A DNA stretch of 64,000 nucleotides. Source: an uncultured Acidobacteriota bacterium. GTDB lineage: Bacteria; Acidobacteriota; Thermoanaerobaculia; Multivoradales; SZUA-115. The notes below the pieces were generated by a model. That model ran no database searches. It saw only the letters and a program-made list of their open reading frames with translations, and had not been told where the DNA came from. The position numbers and the translations under genes were made by a program. Of this stretch, positions 10,690 through 19,559 are shown piece by piece; position 1 is the first letter of the stretch, and each line of letters begins with the position of its first letter. Location of the stretch: NCBI GenBank assembly GCA_963805975.1, contig CAWDVR010000004.1:480001-544000 (forward strand), read 5' to 3'.

Positions 10690-11102
10690 AGGTTCTCTTC
10701 GACACCAACGTGATCTTGGACTTCCTGCTCGATCGAGAGCCCTTCGCCTCGGCCGCCGCGGATCTCTTCTCGGCTGTGGAGCGTCGCGTGCTCGCAGGCG
10801 TCCTGGGTGCCACCACCGTGACTACCCTGGCCTATCTGGCAGCGAAGGCGGTTGGGCACAAGCCGGCACGGCAACAGATAGCCGGGCTCCTGACCCTGTT
10901 CGAGATCGCTCCCGTCACGGGCGACGTCCTGCGCCGGGCCGTGGAGAGTCGCGTCCAGGACTTCGAGGATGCCGTGCTCTTAGAAGCCGCACGTAGCGTA
11001 GGCACCGACGCTGTCGTGACCCGCGACGCGGCCGACTTCCGCGCCGGCGGGCTTACCCTGTACGCCCCCGAGGAGCTGCTGCGGGCCCTGAGCGCAGGCT
11101 GA
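10686..11102 (+). CDS. PIN-domain (VapC-like) toxin
   Basis: GTG start: VKVLFDTNVILDFLLDREPF...DFEDAV...VVTRD..DF. Confidence 0.88.
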   Translation: MKVLFDTNVILDFLLDREPFASAAADLFSAVERRVLAGVLGATTVTTLAYLAAKAVGHKPARQQIAGLLTLFEIAPVTGDVLRRAVESRVQDFEDAVLLEAARSVGTDAVVTRDAADFRAGGLTLYAPEELLRALSAG

Positions 11103-11121
11103 AACAAGCAGCAGGTCCGCG

Positions 11122-12798
11122 TCAGGGCTTCCTCATCACCACATACCCATCCCCCGGATCCTTCCCCCGCTCCACCTCCACCATCGGCAGGGGCTGCTCC
11201 AACCTCTCCAGATCATCCTTCTCGATGAACAGCCAACGCTTTCCAGGCTGAGCCACGAACGCGCGGAGCTCCTCCTCGTTCTGCGGCCAGACGGCGATGC
11301 GGCGGGTGTAGAAGAGGACGGGTGCGTCGAGGCGGGGATAGATGGCGTAGGGCTCGGCGGGTTCGCTGAGCTTCAGGTATTCCTCGACGACCGGCCGCGA
11401 CGACTTGAGGTCGTTGACGGAGGGAAGGGCGACGAGCACTAGGCCCACGGCGCAAAGGCCCATGCCCGCCGCTAGCGAGCCCGCGGCGCGAGAAACATCC
11501 CCCTTCCTCGCGAGGAAGAACGCTCCCAACGCGCCGGCCGCCGCCACGGCGAGCCACGCGGTAACGGCTTCCGGCAGCCAGGGAGGGAGGAGCGCCACCT
11601 CCTCGCGCCGCACGGCGACCGGGATCACGGCGGCCGTCAGCAGGACCAGCAGACCAGCCAGGAGGGAGAGGGGCACGGTGAGCCAGCGGCGCTCGCGGGG
11701 CCAGGTGGCGGCGAGCTGGTCCAGCGCCGCGCCCACGAGCAGCGCGAGGCCGGGGAACATGGTGAGGACGTAGACCGTGCGCTTGGCCGGGGAGATGGAG
11801 AAGAAGAGGACGGTGACCACCACCCAGCAGAGCGCGAAGCGGAAGCCGCGGCTCGCGGGACCCCGGTCCTCGCGCACGAACCGCCGCCAGCCGACGACCA
11901 GCGCCGTGGGCAGGAGGAAGGACCAGGGGAAGAAGTCCGCGGGCAGCACCGTCAGGTAGTAGTAGAAGGGCTGGTGGTGGTGCCAGGGATCGGCGTAGCG
12001 GGTCACGTTCTGTTTGAAGACGATCTGCTGGAGATAGTCCCCGCCCGCGGCGAGGCCGGCCGGCAGGAGCCAGGCGAGCACCACCGCTGCCCAAATCAAC
12101 AGGCCCCACCAGGGGCGCAGCCTGGCGAGCCCTGCCCGATCCCGCATCCAGGCGTAGTAGGCGAGCATGGCGAGGAGTGGCGGCAGCAGCCCCACGGGCC
12201 CCTTGGCCACGGTGGCGAACCCGGCCGCAACAAAGAACAGCAGATGGAAGCCGGGCCGGTTCTCGGTCTCTCCCCGCGCCCAGAACCAGACGCCGAGCGT
12301 CACCAGCGCCGTGAGCAGCATGTCGATCTGCCCGATCCGGCCCTGCCAGAGGATCTTGCCGCAGGTGGCGAAGGCGGCCACGGCGAGCCACGCCGCCCGG
12401 CGGCCGAAGAACCGCTCTCCCAGGAGGAACACGAGCAGCAGCGTGCCGATCGCCGCCAGCGCCGCCGGCAGCCGCGCCGAGACCTCGTTGATGCCACCCG
12501 TGACGAGCGAGGCCGCGCACATGGCCCAGAACTGGAGCGGCGGCTTCTGGGTGTAGACCTCGCCGTTCAGGTGCGGCACCAGGTACTGGCCGGAGGCGAG
12601 CATCTCGCGCGCCACCTCGGCGTAGCGGGGCTCGTCGGGGTTCCAGAGGTCGCGGGAGCCCAGGCCGGGGAGAAAGAGGGAAGCGCCCAGCAAAGCCACG
12701 AGCAGGAGAGCTGCACGCTGCGAGAGCTGGCCCCCTCTCCCGCTGCTTGCGGGAGAGGGCCGGGGTGAGGGCTCCGAGGTCACCGGGACGCCCCTCAC
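11122..12798 (-). CDS. ArnT/PMT-like GT-C glycosyltransferase (GT39/GT83)
   Basis: LWNPDEPRYAEVAREM, KPPLQFW, ARLPAA, AKGPVG, multiple TM helices; start uncertain. Confidence 0.88.
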   Translation of the reverse strand: MRGVPVTSEPSPRPSPASSGRGGQLSQRAALLLVALLGASLFLPGLGSRDLWNPDEPRYAEVAREMLASGQYLVPHLNGEVYTQKPPLQFWAMCAASLVTGGINEVSARLPAALAAIGTLLLVFLLGERFFGRRAAWLAVAAFATCGKILWQGRIGQIDMLLTALVTLGVWFWARGETENRPGFHLLFFVAAGFATVAKGPVGLLPPLLAMLAYYAWMRDRAGLARLRPWWGLLIWAAVVLAWLLPAGLAAGGDYLQQIVFKQNVTRYADPWHHHQPFYYYLTVLPADFFPWSFLLPTALVVGWRRFVREDRGPASRGFRFALCWVVVTVLFFSISPAKRTVYVLTMFPGLALLVGAALDQLAATWPRERRWLTVPLSLLAGLLVLLTAAVIPVAVRREEVALLPPWLPEAVTAWLAVAAAGALGAFFLARKGDVSRAAGSLAAGMGLCAVGLVLVALPSVNDLKSSRPVVEEYLKLSEPAEPYAIYPRLDAPVLFYTRRIAVWPQNEEELRAFVAQPGKRWLFIEKDDLERLEQPLPMVEVERGKDPGDGYVVMRKP

Positions 12799-12830
12799 CC
12801 TAGCCCTCTCCCCCTTGCGGGGGCGAGGGG
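12731..12830. repeat. Two inverted copies of a CCCTCACCCxxCCCTCTCCC-hairpin REP/RPE-like palindromic element
   Basis: Copy 1 at 12731-12771 (CCCTCTCCCGC..GCGGGAGAGGG CCGGGGTGAGGG); copy 2 at 12791-12830 (CCCTCACCCTAGCCCTCTCCCCC..GGGGGCGAGGGG). Confidence 0.75.
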
Positions 12831-13579
12831 ACCGGAATCTCCGGGAACACCAGCTCGGTTTCCAGCCGCCGATCGATCCAGCGCCGCTTCATCCACATCA
12901 CGGCCAGCAGGTCGGCCAGGGCGCGGAACAGCCGGTTGCCGATGCCGTACTTCGCCTGGCCGTAACGACGCGGGCGGTGGCTCACCGGGATCTCTACTAC
13001 CCGCGCGCCGGCAAACTGCACCAGGGCCGGCAGGAAGCGGTGCATGCCCTTGAAGAACGGCAGGCCGCGCAGCAGCTCGGCGCGATACGCCTTGAGCGAG
13101 CAGCCCACGTCGGTGATGCCGTCGCCGAGCGCCCGGCGGCGGACGCCGTTGGCCACCGTCGAGGAGGCGCGCCGCACGAAGGTGTCGCGGCGCCTCTGGC
13201 GCACGCCGGACACGGCGTCGCAGCCCTCGAGCGCCGCGAGCAGGCGCGGAATGTCTGCCGGGTCGTTCTGGAGATCGGAGTCGAGGGTCACCACCACGTC
13301 GCCCGCGGCGCGGCGAAAGCCCGCATCGAGCGCCGGCGACTGACCCTGGTTCTCGGCCAACCGCACCACACGGACCCGAGGGTCCGAGGCCCGGAGGCCG
13401 GCGAGGATGGCCGGGCTGCCATCCGTCGAGCCGTCGTCGACGTAGAGCACTTCGTACGGGTAACCGGTGGGCTCCAGAGCTTCACGGATCTCCCGCGCCA
13501 GGATGAGGAGACTGTCCTCCTCGTTGAACACCGGCACGACGATCGAAACCCCGATCGGAGCTTTGGCGGCGGGTGGCAC
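12800..13579 (-). CDS. GT2 polyprenol-phosphate glycosyltransferase (ArnC/DPM1-like)
   Basis: SIVVPVFNEE, VDDGSTD, DSDLQNDP, DVGCSLKAYR, MHRFLP; likely GTG start at 13579. Confidence 0.9.
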   Translation of the reverse strand: MPPAAKAPIGVSIVVPVFNEEDSLLILAREIREALEPTGYPYEVLYVDDGSTDGSPAILAGLRASDPRVRVVRLAENQGQSPALDAGFRRAAGDVVVTLDSDLQNDPADIPRLLAALEGCDAVSGVRQRRRDTFVRRASSTVANGVRRRALGDGITDVGCSLKAYRAELLRGLPFFKGMHRFLPALVQFAGARVVEIPVSHRPRRYGQAKYGIGNRLFRALADLLAVMWMKRRWIDRRLETELVFPEIPVPSPPQGGEG

Positions 13580-13703
13580 GCGGCCTATTGTGGCAGAGGG
13601 CGGCGCGGTCTGCTCCGGCGCGGAGGCTTCCGCACTGTCGTCCAGGCGGGATAGTCTACCGGCTGATCTCTTCCCCCCTATTCCCACATTCTCCCAATTT
13701 CCC

Positions 13704-14240
13704 ATGCGACGACGGACAACGACTTCGGTCTTCCTGGTACTGCTCTGCCCGATCCTGTGTCCGCCCAGGCACGCTGCGGCCGAAGACCTGAACCTCGCGA
13801 CTTTTGCCGGTGTCTTCAACTTCGGCGACCGCCACACCGGCCCCGGCCACACCGCGGATCCCGAAGCGGGATTCGAGGTCCACTGGGGGGAGAGGGAGAT
13901 CGGCCGTTTACCGGGCCACCTTCCCTTGCGACCCATCCTGGGCCTCACCGCCACCACCCATGGCAGCTACTGGGCCTTCGTGGGCATGCGCTACGAGCAC
14001 CGTCTCGACCGTCGCTGGACTCTGGCGCCGAGCGTCGCCGTCTCGTTCTACAAGCAGGGCGACGGCAAGAACCTCGGCGGCGTCGTGCAATTCCGCTCGG
14101 CGTTCGAGGTGTCCTATCGGCTGGGCGAGCGCTGGCGGCTCGGTGCGATGGTGCACCACCTGTCGAACGCGGGCATCTACCACCCGAACCCGGGCAGCGA
14201 GTCCCTGCTCCTGACGATGACCATGCCGCTCGGCCGCTGA
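13704..14240 (+). CDS. PagL-like lipid A 3-O-deacylase / acyloxyacyl hydrolase outer-membrane beta-barrel
   Basis: Signal peptide; GKNLGGVVQFRS..E; HLSNAGIYHPNPGSE catalytic motif. Confidence 0.82.
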   Translation: MRRRTTTSVFLVLLCPILCPPRHAAAEDLNLATFAGVFNFGDRHTGPGHTADPEAGFEVHWGEREIGRLPGHLPLRPILGLTATTHGSYWAFVGMRYEHRLDRRWTLAPSVAVSFYKQGDGKNLGGVVQFRSAFEVSYRLGERWRLGAMVHHLSNAGIYHPNPGSESLLLTMTMPLGR

Positions 14241-14305
14241 AGCACAGGCCCTGAGACCTCTCGGGCCTCCTGCTCGTGCTAACCTCCGGCGGGAAAGGAG
14301 TGTCG

Positions 14306-14578
14306 ATGGCGGTCGATCCGGAGCTGCTCGAGATCCTCGTCTGTCCCAAGAGCCGCGGCACGCTGGAGCTGGTGGAGCTGCCCCGGCCAGTCGCGGCCTC
14401 GCTGGTCGAGAAGTACCGGGAGCACTTCCGCGACGAGCAGCCGGTGGTCGACCACGGGCTCTTCTGTCGCGAGTCCGCGCTCGTCTACCCGATCGTCTCC
14501 GATATCCCGATCATGCTGGTGGACGACGCGCTTCCCGCCTCGGTGCTCGATTCCGCGACCCAAGAACGAAGTGCCTGA
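14306..14578 (+). CDS. Trm112/YcaR-like protein
   Basis: DPELLEILVCPKSRG.L...L.C....LVYPI.SDIPIML; SD AAGGAG. Confidence 0.8.
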   Translation: MAVDPELLEILVCPKSRGTLELVELPRPVAASLVEKYREHFRDEQPVVDHGLFCRESALVYPIVSDIPIMLVDDALPASVLDSATQERSA

Positions 14579-15806
14579 AGCGGGAGCGCTGCCGCCCGCC
14601 AGCGCTCCCGGTGCCGGAGTCGCGGACGACAGCGGCTTTCGCGGCCGGGGCCGGCGTCTCGGCCTGACGCTCTTCGCTCTCCATCTCCTGTTCGTCTTCT
14701 GGCTCGCGCTCTCGAACGTCCTCTTGGGGCTGGCGCTCCTCGCCTCGCCCTGGACGGCGCGGCTGCGCGACGTGCTGCGCCCCGGCGCGAGCCCTCTGCT
14801 CGCGGCCCTGGCGGCGTACGTGGTGCTCCTCGCGGCCTCGGTGATCGCCTCGACCGATCCGCCGACCAGCGCCCGGGCGCTGTCCGAGATCTTCAGCCTC
14901 TCCACCCTGCTCCTCGCCCTGGCGGTGATCCGCGGCGCGCCCGAGGCCCGGCGGCTGGTGGACGGGGTGATCCTCGTGGCGGTGGGGATCGCCGGCTACG
15001 GCCTGTTCCAGTTTCTGATCGGCTACGGCGACATCGACAACCGCATCCGCGGCCCGCTGTCGCACTACATGACCTTCTCCGGCGTGCTGCTGATCGCCGA
15101 CCTGCTGCTCTTCGCGCGCCTGTCGCATGCCCAAGGCTGGCGCAACCTCTGGAGCTGGGGGGCGGCGGTGGTGCTCAACGTGGCGTTGCTGGGCAGCCTG
15201 ACGCGAAGCGCCTGGGTGGCGCTCGCGGTAGCGCTCGCCGTCCTGGTGCTGGTGAGGGCGCCGCGGCTGCTGCTGCTGGCGCCGATCGCGGCGCTGGTGT
15301 TCCTGCTCCTGGCGCCGACGCCCGTGCTGCACCGCGTCCGCTCGATCGTCGATCTGACGGACGACTCCAACTACGACCGCATCTGCATGGCCCGCGCCGG
15401 GGTGACGATGGTCGCCGAGCGGCCCCTCTTCGGCATCGGCCCGGACCTGGTGAAGACCCGCTATCCGCTCTATCGCCACTCGACGGCCCCGCGCTACACG
15501 GTGCCGCACCTGCACAACAGCTTCCTCCAGCTCGCCGCCGAGCGCGGCCTGCCGGCCCTCGCCGCCTACCTCGCGCTGATGCTGGCCGCCCTGCGCTTCG
15601 CGCTCGCCCGCTTCCGCGCCGGGGGGGGCATGGCGGGTGCCCACGCCGACCTCTACCTCGGGGCGCTCCTCGCCCTGGTCGGCTTCAACCTGGCCGGCCT
15701 GTTCGAGAACAACTGGGGCGACAGGGAGGTGCAGCGCATGGCCCTCTTCGTGCTGGCGCTGCCGTACGTGGCCGGAAGCGACGGCGAGGCGGTCCGGGCC
15801 ACCTGA
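14571..15806 (+). CDS. O-antigen ligase (WaaL/Wzy_C)-family membrane protein
   Basis: Multi-TM; SLTRSAW, SNYDR, PLFGIG, HLHNSFLQLAAERG. Confidence 0.85.
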   Translation: MPEAGALPPASAPGAGVADDSGFRGRGRRLGLTLFALHLLFVFWLALSNVLLGLALLASPWTARLRDVLRPGASPLLAALAAYVVLLAASVIASTDPPTSARALSEIFSLSTLLLALAVIRGAPEARRLVDGVILVAVGIAGYGLFQFLIGYGDIDNRIRGPLSHYMTFSGVLLIADLLLFARLSHAQGWRNLWSWGAAVVLNVALLGSLTRSAWVALAVALAVLVLVRAPRLLLLAPIAALVFLLLAPTPVLHRVRSIVDLTDDSNYDRICMARAGVTMVAERPLFGIGPDLVKTRYPLYRHSTAPRYTVPHLHNSFLQLAAERGLPALAAYLALMLAALRFALARFRAGGGMAGAHADLYLGALLALVGFNLAGLFENNWGDREVQRMALFVLALPYVAGSDGEAVRAT

Positions 15807-15895
15807 CGGCGGGGCCTCGGCGTCTTCCCGGCCGGCGCTCGGCGCCGAGGCCGAAAGAAAGCGTTTCGCTATACTGCCGGCGGGTCGAGATCGCG

Positions 15896-17887
15896 ATGGA
15901 AGCCACACCTCTCCTCGACCGAATCGGCGGCCCGCCGGACTTGCGCCGGTTGAAACCCGCGCAGCTTCCGACGGTGGCCAAGGAGCTGCGCGAGGCGATC
16001 CTGCGGGTGGTCTCGCGCACCGGCGGCTACCTGTCCTCGAACCTCGGCACCGTCGAGCTGACGATCGCGCTGCACTACGCCTTCGACACGCCGCGCGATC
16101 TCCTGGTCTGGGACGTCGGCCATCAGACCTACTCGCACAAGATCCTGACCGGCCGCCGCGACCGCATGGAGACGCTGCGCCGCTACGGCGGCCTCTCCGG
16201 CTTCCTGTCGCGCGAGGAGAGCGAGTACGACGTGCTCGAGGCCGGGCATGCCTCGACCTCGATCTCGGCGGCGCTCGGGCTCGCCATCGCGCGCGACCTC
16301 AAAGGCAGCAAGCACCACGTGGTGGCGATCATCGGCGACGGCGCCATGACCGCCGGCATGGCTTTCGAGGCCATGAACCAGGTGGGCCACCTGGGCAAGC
16401 GGCTGATCGTGGTGCTGAACGACAACTCGATGTCGATCGCCCCCTCCGTGGGAGCCCTCACCCGCTACCTCAACGAGCTGATGGCCGGCCGGCACTACGC
16501 CAAGCTCAAGGACGACGTGAAGCGCGTGCTGCAAAAGGTGCCGGCGGTGGGGGAGCAGGTGCTGGAGGTGGCGCGCGCTCTCGAGGAGGGAGTGCGCAAG
16601 ACCTTCGCGCCGGGCAGCCTCTTCGAGGAGCTGGGCCTGCGCTACCTGGGACCGGTCAACGGTCATTCCTTCGACAGCCTGCTCGCCGCGCTGGAGGAAG
16701 CCAAGGCGGTCGACGGCGCGGTGCTGATCCACGTCATCACCCAGCAGGGCAAGGGCTACCGTCTGGCCGAGGACCGGCCCATGGCCTATCACGGCCCGAG
16801 CCCTTTCGATTTGAAGAAGGGCATCGAGGCCGAGCCGGGCCTCGCTTCCGTGGGCGCGGCTCCTGGCGGCACGGCCCCCGGCAGCGCGCCCCCGGCGAGC
16901 GCCGCGCGGCCCGGCGCCACTTACACCGAGATCTTCGGCGAGGCCCTGTTGCGCCTGGCCGACCGCGACTCACGGATCGTCGCGATCACCGCCTCGATGC
17001 CGGACGGCACGGGTCTCGCGCCGTTCGCCGAGCAGCACCCCAAGCGCTTCCTCAACACCGGCATCGCCGAGCAGCACAGCGTGACGCTCGCGGCCGGCCT
17101 GGCGCTGGGCGGCCTGCGCCCGGTGGTGGCGATCTACTCGACCTTCCTCCAGCGCGGTTTCGACCAGATCTTCCACGACGTCTGCCTGATGAACCTGCCG
17201 GTGACCTTCGCCCTCGATCACGCCGGGCTGGTGGGCGAGGACGGGCCGCGCCACCACGGGGTCTTCGATCTCGCCTACCTGCGCACCCTGCCCAACATGG
17301 TGGTGATGGCGCCCAAGGACGAGGACGAGCTGGTGCGCATGCTGGCGACCGCGATCGAGCTCGACCATCCGGCCGCCTTGCGCTATCCCAAGGGCGCCGG
17401 ACCCGGAGCGGCCGTCGACTACGCGGCCTCACCTCTGCCGCCGGGCAAGGCCGAGGTGCTGCGCCGGGGCCGCGACGGGGTGGTGTGGGCGCTCGGCGCC
17501 ACGGTGACGCCGACGCTCGCGGCCGCCCTCCGGCTGGCCAAGGACGGCGTCGAGCTGACGGTGGTCAACGCCCGCTTCGTCAAGCCCCTCGACCGCGAGC
17601 TCCTGGCGAGCCAGTTGGCGGTCGGCGGCCGGTTGGCGACGGTCGAGGAGCACGCGCTCGCGGGCGGCTTCGGCAGTGCCGTGCTCGAGGCCGTGTCCGA
17701 GATCGGCCTCGAAGGTGTGGAGACCCTCGCTCTCGGCATTCCGGACCGCTTCGTGCCGCAGGGCTCGCAGCGCGTGCTGCGCCAGGCGCTGGGGCTCGAC
17801 GCCGAGGGCATCTACTTCCGCCTGCGCCAGTTCTTTCCCCAGACCTCCTTCGGCTTCGACCGCGGCTCCGGCCGCCGGCCGGGCTAG
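15896..17887 (+). CDS. dxs: 1-deoxy-D-xylulose-5-phosphate synthase
   Basis: WDVGHQ.Y.HKILTGR, GHASTSISAA, GDGAMTAGM..EAMN, IAEQH, YSTFLQR.FDQ. Confidence 0.97.
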   Translation: MEATPLLDRIGGPPDLRRLKPAQLPTVAKELREAILRVVSRTGGYLSSNLGTVELTIALHYAFDTPRDLLVWDVGHQTYSHKILTGRRDRMETLRRYGGLSGFLSREESEYDVLEAGHASTSISAALGLAIARDLKGSKHHVVAIIGDGAMTAGMAFEAMNQVGHLGKRLIVVLNDNSMSIAPSVGALTRYLNELMAGRHYAKLKDDVKRVLQKVPAVGEQVLEVARALEEGVRKTFAPGSLFEELGLRYLGPVNGHSFDSLLAALEEAKAVDGAVLIHVITQQGKGYRLAEDRPMAYHGPSPFDLKKGIEAEPGLASVGAAPGGTAPGSAPPASAARPGATYTEIFGEALLRLADRDSRIVAITASMPDGTGLAPFAEQHPKRFLNTGIAEQHSVTLAAGLALGGLRPVVAIYSTFLQRGFDQIFHDVCLMNLPVTFALDHAGLVGEDGPRHHGVFDLAYLRTLPNMVVMAPKDEDELVRMLATAIELDHPAALRYPKGAGPGAAVDYAASPLPPGKAEVLRRGRDGVVWALGATVTPTLAAALRLAKDGVELTVVNARFVKPLDRELLASQLAVGGRLATVEEHALAGGFGSAVLEAVSEIGLEGVETLALGIPDRFVPQGSQRVLRQALGLDAEGIYFRLRQFFPQTSFGFDRGSGRRPG

Positions 17888-17907
17888 GAACGAGCCTGAT
17901 TCCTCCC

Positions 17908-18693
17908 ATGCGCCTCGACCAGCTGCTCGTCGAACGAGGTCTCTTCGCCAGCCGCGAGCAGGCGCGGCGCGCGGTGATGGCGGGCACGGTCGAGGTCGAC
18001 GGGCGCCGGGTGGACAAGCCGGGCACACCGGTCCGCGGCGAGGTGGCGCTGAAGCTGGCGGCGGCCCGCGAGCCCTTCGCCTCGCGCGCCGGGCGCAAGC
18101 TGGCCGGGGCGCTCGACCACTTCGAGGCCCTCCACTCCGAGCTCGGGCCGGGAGGCCTCGCGCCGCTGGTCGCCGGGCGGGTCTGCCTCGACGTCGGCGC
18201 CTCGACCGGCGGTTTCACGGACTGCCTGCTGCAGCGCGGCGCCACCCGCGTCTACGCCGTCGACGTGGGCTACGGCCAGCTCGACCAGCGCCTGCGCAAC
18301 GACCCGCGAGTGGTGGTGATGGAGCGCATCAACGCCCGCTACCTCGCGCCCGGCGACCTGCCCGAGCCCTGCGGGCTCGCCACGGTGGACGTTTCCTTCA
18401 TCTCGCTTTCGAAGCTGGTGCCGGCACTTCTCGCGTTGCTCGCGCCGGGCGCCTTCCTGCTGGCGCTCGTCAAGCCGCAGTTCGAGGCCGGCCGGGGCGC
18501 AGTGGGCAAGGGCGGCATCCTGCGCCGCGAGGAGGTACGCCGGCGTGTCGTGGAGGAGACGGCGGCGGGGCTCGCGGCGCTCGGCCTCGAGGCCTGGGGC
18601 CTGGTCGACTCGGAGGTGGCCGGCGTGGGTGGCAACCGCGAGGCCTTCGCCCTGCTGCGCAAACCGGCTGCCGCCACTGAGGAGGGCTCATGA
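17908..18693 (+). CDS. tlyA: TlyA-family rRNA (cytidine-2'-O)-methyltransferase
   Basis: MRLDQLLVERGL..SRE.A (S4 domain); LDVGASTGGFTDCLLQRGA; DVSFISL; LVKPQFE; GNRE. Confidence 0.93.
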   Translation: MRLDQLLVERGLFASREQARRAVMAGTVEVDGRRVDKPGTPVRGEVALKLAAAREPFASRAGRKLAGALDHFEALHSELGPGGLAPLVAGRVCLDVGASTGGFTDCLLQRGATRVYAVDVGYGQLDQRLRNDPRVVVMERINARYLAPGDLPEPCGLATVDVSFISLSKLVPALLALLAPGAFLLALVKPQFEAGRGAVGKGGILRREEVRRRVVEETAAGLAALGLEAWGLVDSEVAGVGGNREAFALLRKPAAATEEGS

Positions 18694-19559
18694 AGCGGGT
18701 CGTGCGGATGGGTGTGGTGTCGCGGGCCGACAGCTCGGACTCGATCGAGATGGCCCACGAGCTGGCGCAGTGGCTCGAGCGGCGCGGGCGCTCGGTGGCG
18801 CTCGACGAGGCGACGGCGCGGGCCTGCGGTTTCGGGGGCGCGATCTACAGCGCGAGCGGCGAGTACGACATGGTGGTCGTCCTGGGGGGCGACGGCACGC
18901 TTCTTGCCACTGCCAGGAACCTTGCCGGACAGGTTCCCATCCTCGGCGTCAATCTCGGCCGGATGGGTTTCCTGACCGAGCTCAAGCGAGGGGAGCTCTA
19001 TCGCGTGCTGGGCAAGATCCTGAACGGTGAGTACGGCCTCGAGGAGCGTTCGCTCCTGGCCGTCGAGCTCGAGCACGCCGGCGGCGGCAGCGAGGCCTTC
19101 CGGGCGCTCAACGACGCGGTGGTGGCGAAGACGGCGGTGGCGAAGATCATCGAGCTGGCGGTGCGGATCGACGGCCAGCCGGCGGCGAGCTTCCGCGGCG
19201 ACGGCCTGATCCTCTCGACCCCCACCGGCTCGACGGCCTACAACCTCTCGGCCGGCGGCCCGATCGTCGACCCTTCGCTGCCGGTCGTGGTGCTGACCCC
19301 CATCTGCCCGCACTCGCTCTCTATGCGCCCCCTGGTGGTCCCCGACACGCGACGGCTGGAGGTCGAGCTCGCCAGCCGCCGCGAGGAGGACGTCTACCTC
19401 GCGATCGACGGCCAGGAGAAGACCAGCCTGAGCTTCGGCGACGTGGTGCGGGTCACCCACTGCCCGGAGAAGGTGCGGCTGGTCAAGGCGAGCGGCAGAA
19501 CCTTCCACCACAACCTCCGCGAGAAGCTGCGCTGGGGTGGGCTGGACGACGCGGTCTGA
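18690..19559 (+). CDS. nadK: NAD(+) kinase
   Basis: GGDGT, GVNLGRMGFL, LNDAV, STPTGSTAYNLSAGGP. Confidence 0.95.
   Translation: MKRVVRMGVVSRADSSDSIEMAHELAQWLERRGRSVALDEATARACGFGGAIYSASGEYDMVVVLGGDGTLLATARNLAGQVPILGVNLGRMGFLTELKRGELYRVLGKILNGEYGLEERSLLAVELEHAGGGSEAFRALNDAVVAKTAVAKIIELAVRIDGQPAASFRGDGLILSTPTGSTAYNLSAGGPIVDPSLPVVVLTPICPHSLSMRPLVVPDTRRLEVELASRREEDVYLAIDGQEKTSLSFGDVVRVTHCPEKVRLVKASGRTFHHNLREKLRWGGLDDAV

Noticed and set aside
16820-16920. Ala/Pro/Gly insert in Dxs, with similar inserts in TlyA and the Omp85 protein
   Set aside because: Short low-complexity loops with no intein or repeat signature.
15637-18693. 1018-aa ORF suggesting a fusion to TlyA
   Set aside because: Only the last 261 aa are TlyA; the rest is an alternate frame of dxs. 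The same artefact affects ORFs 4621, 6069, 46283, 48209 and 57600.
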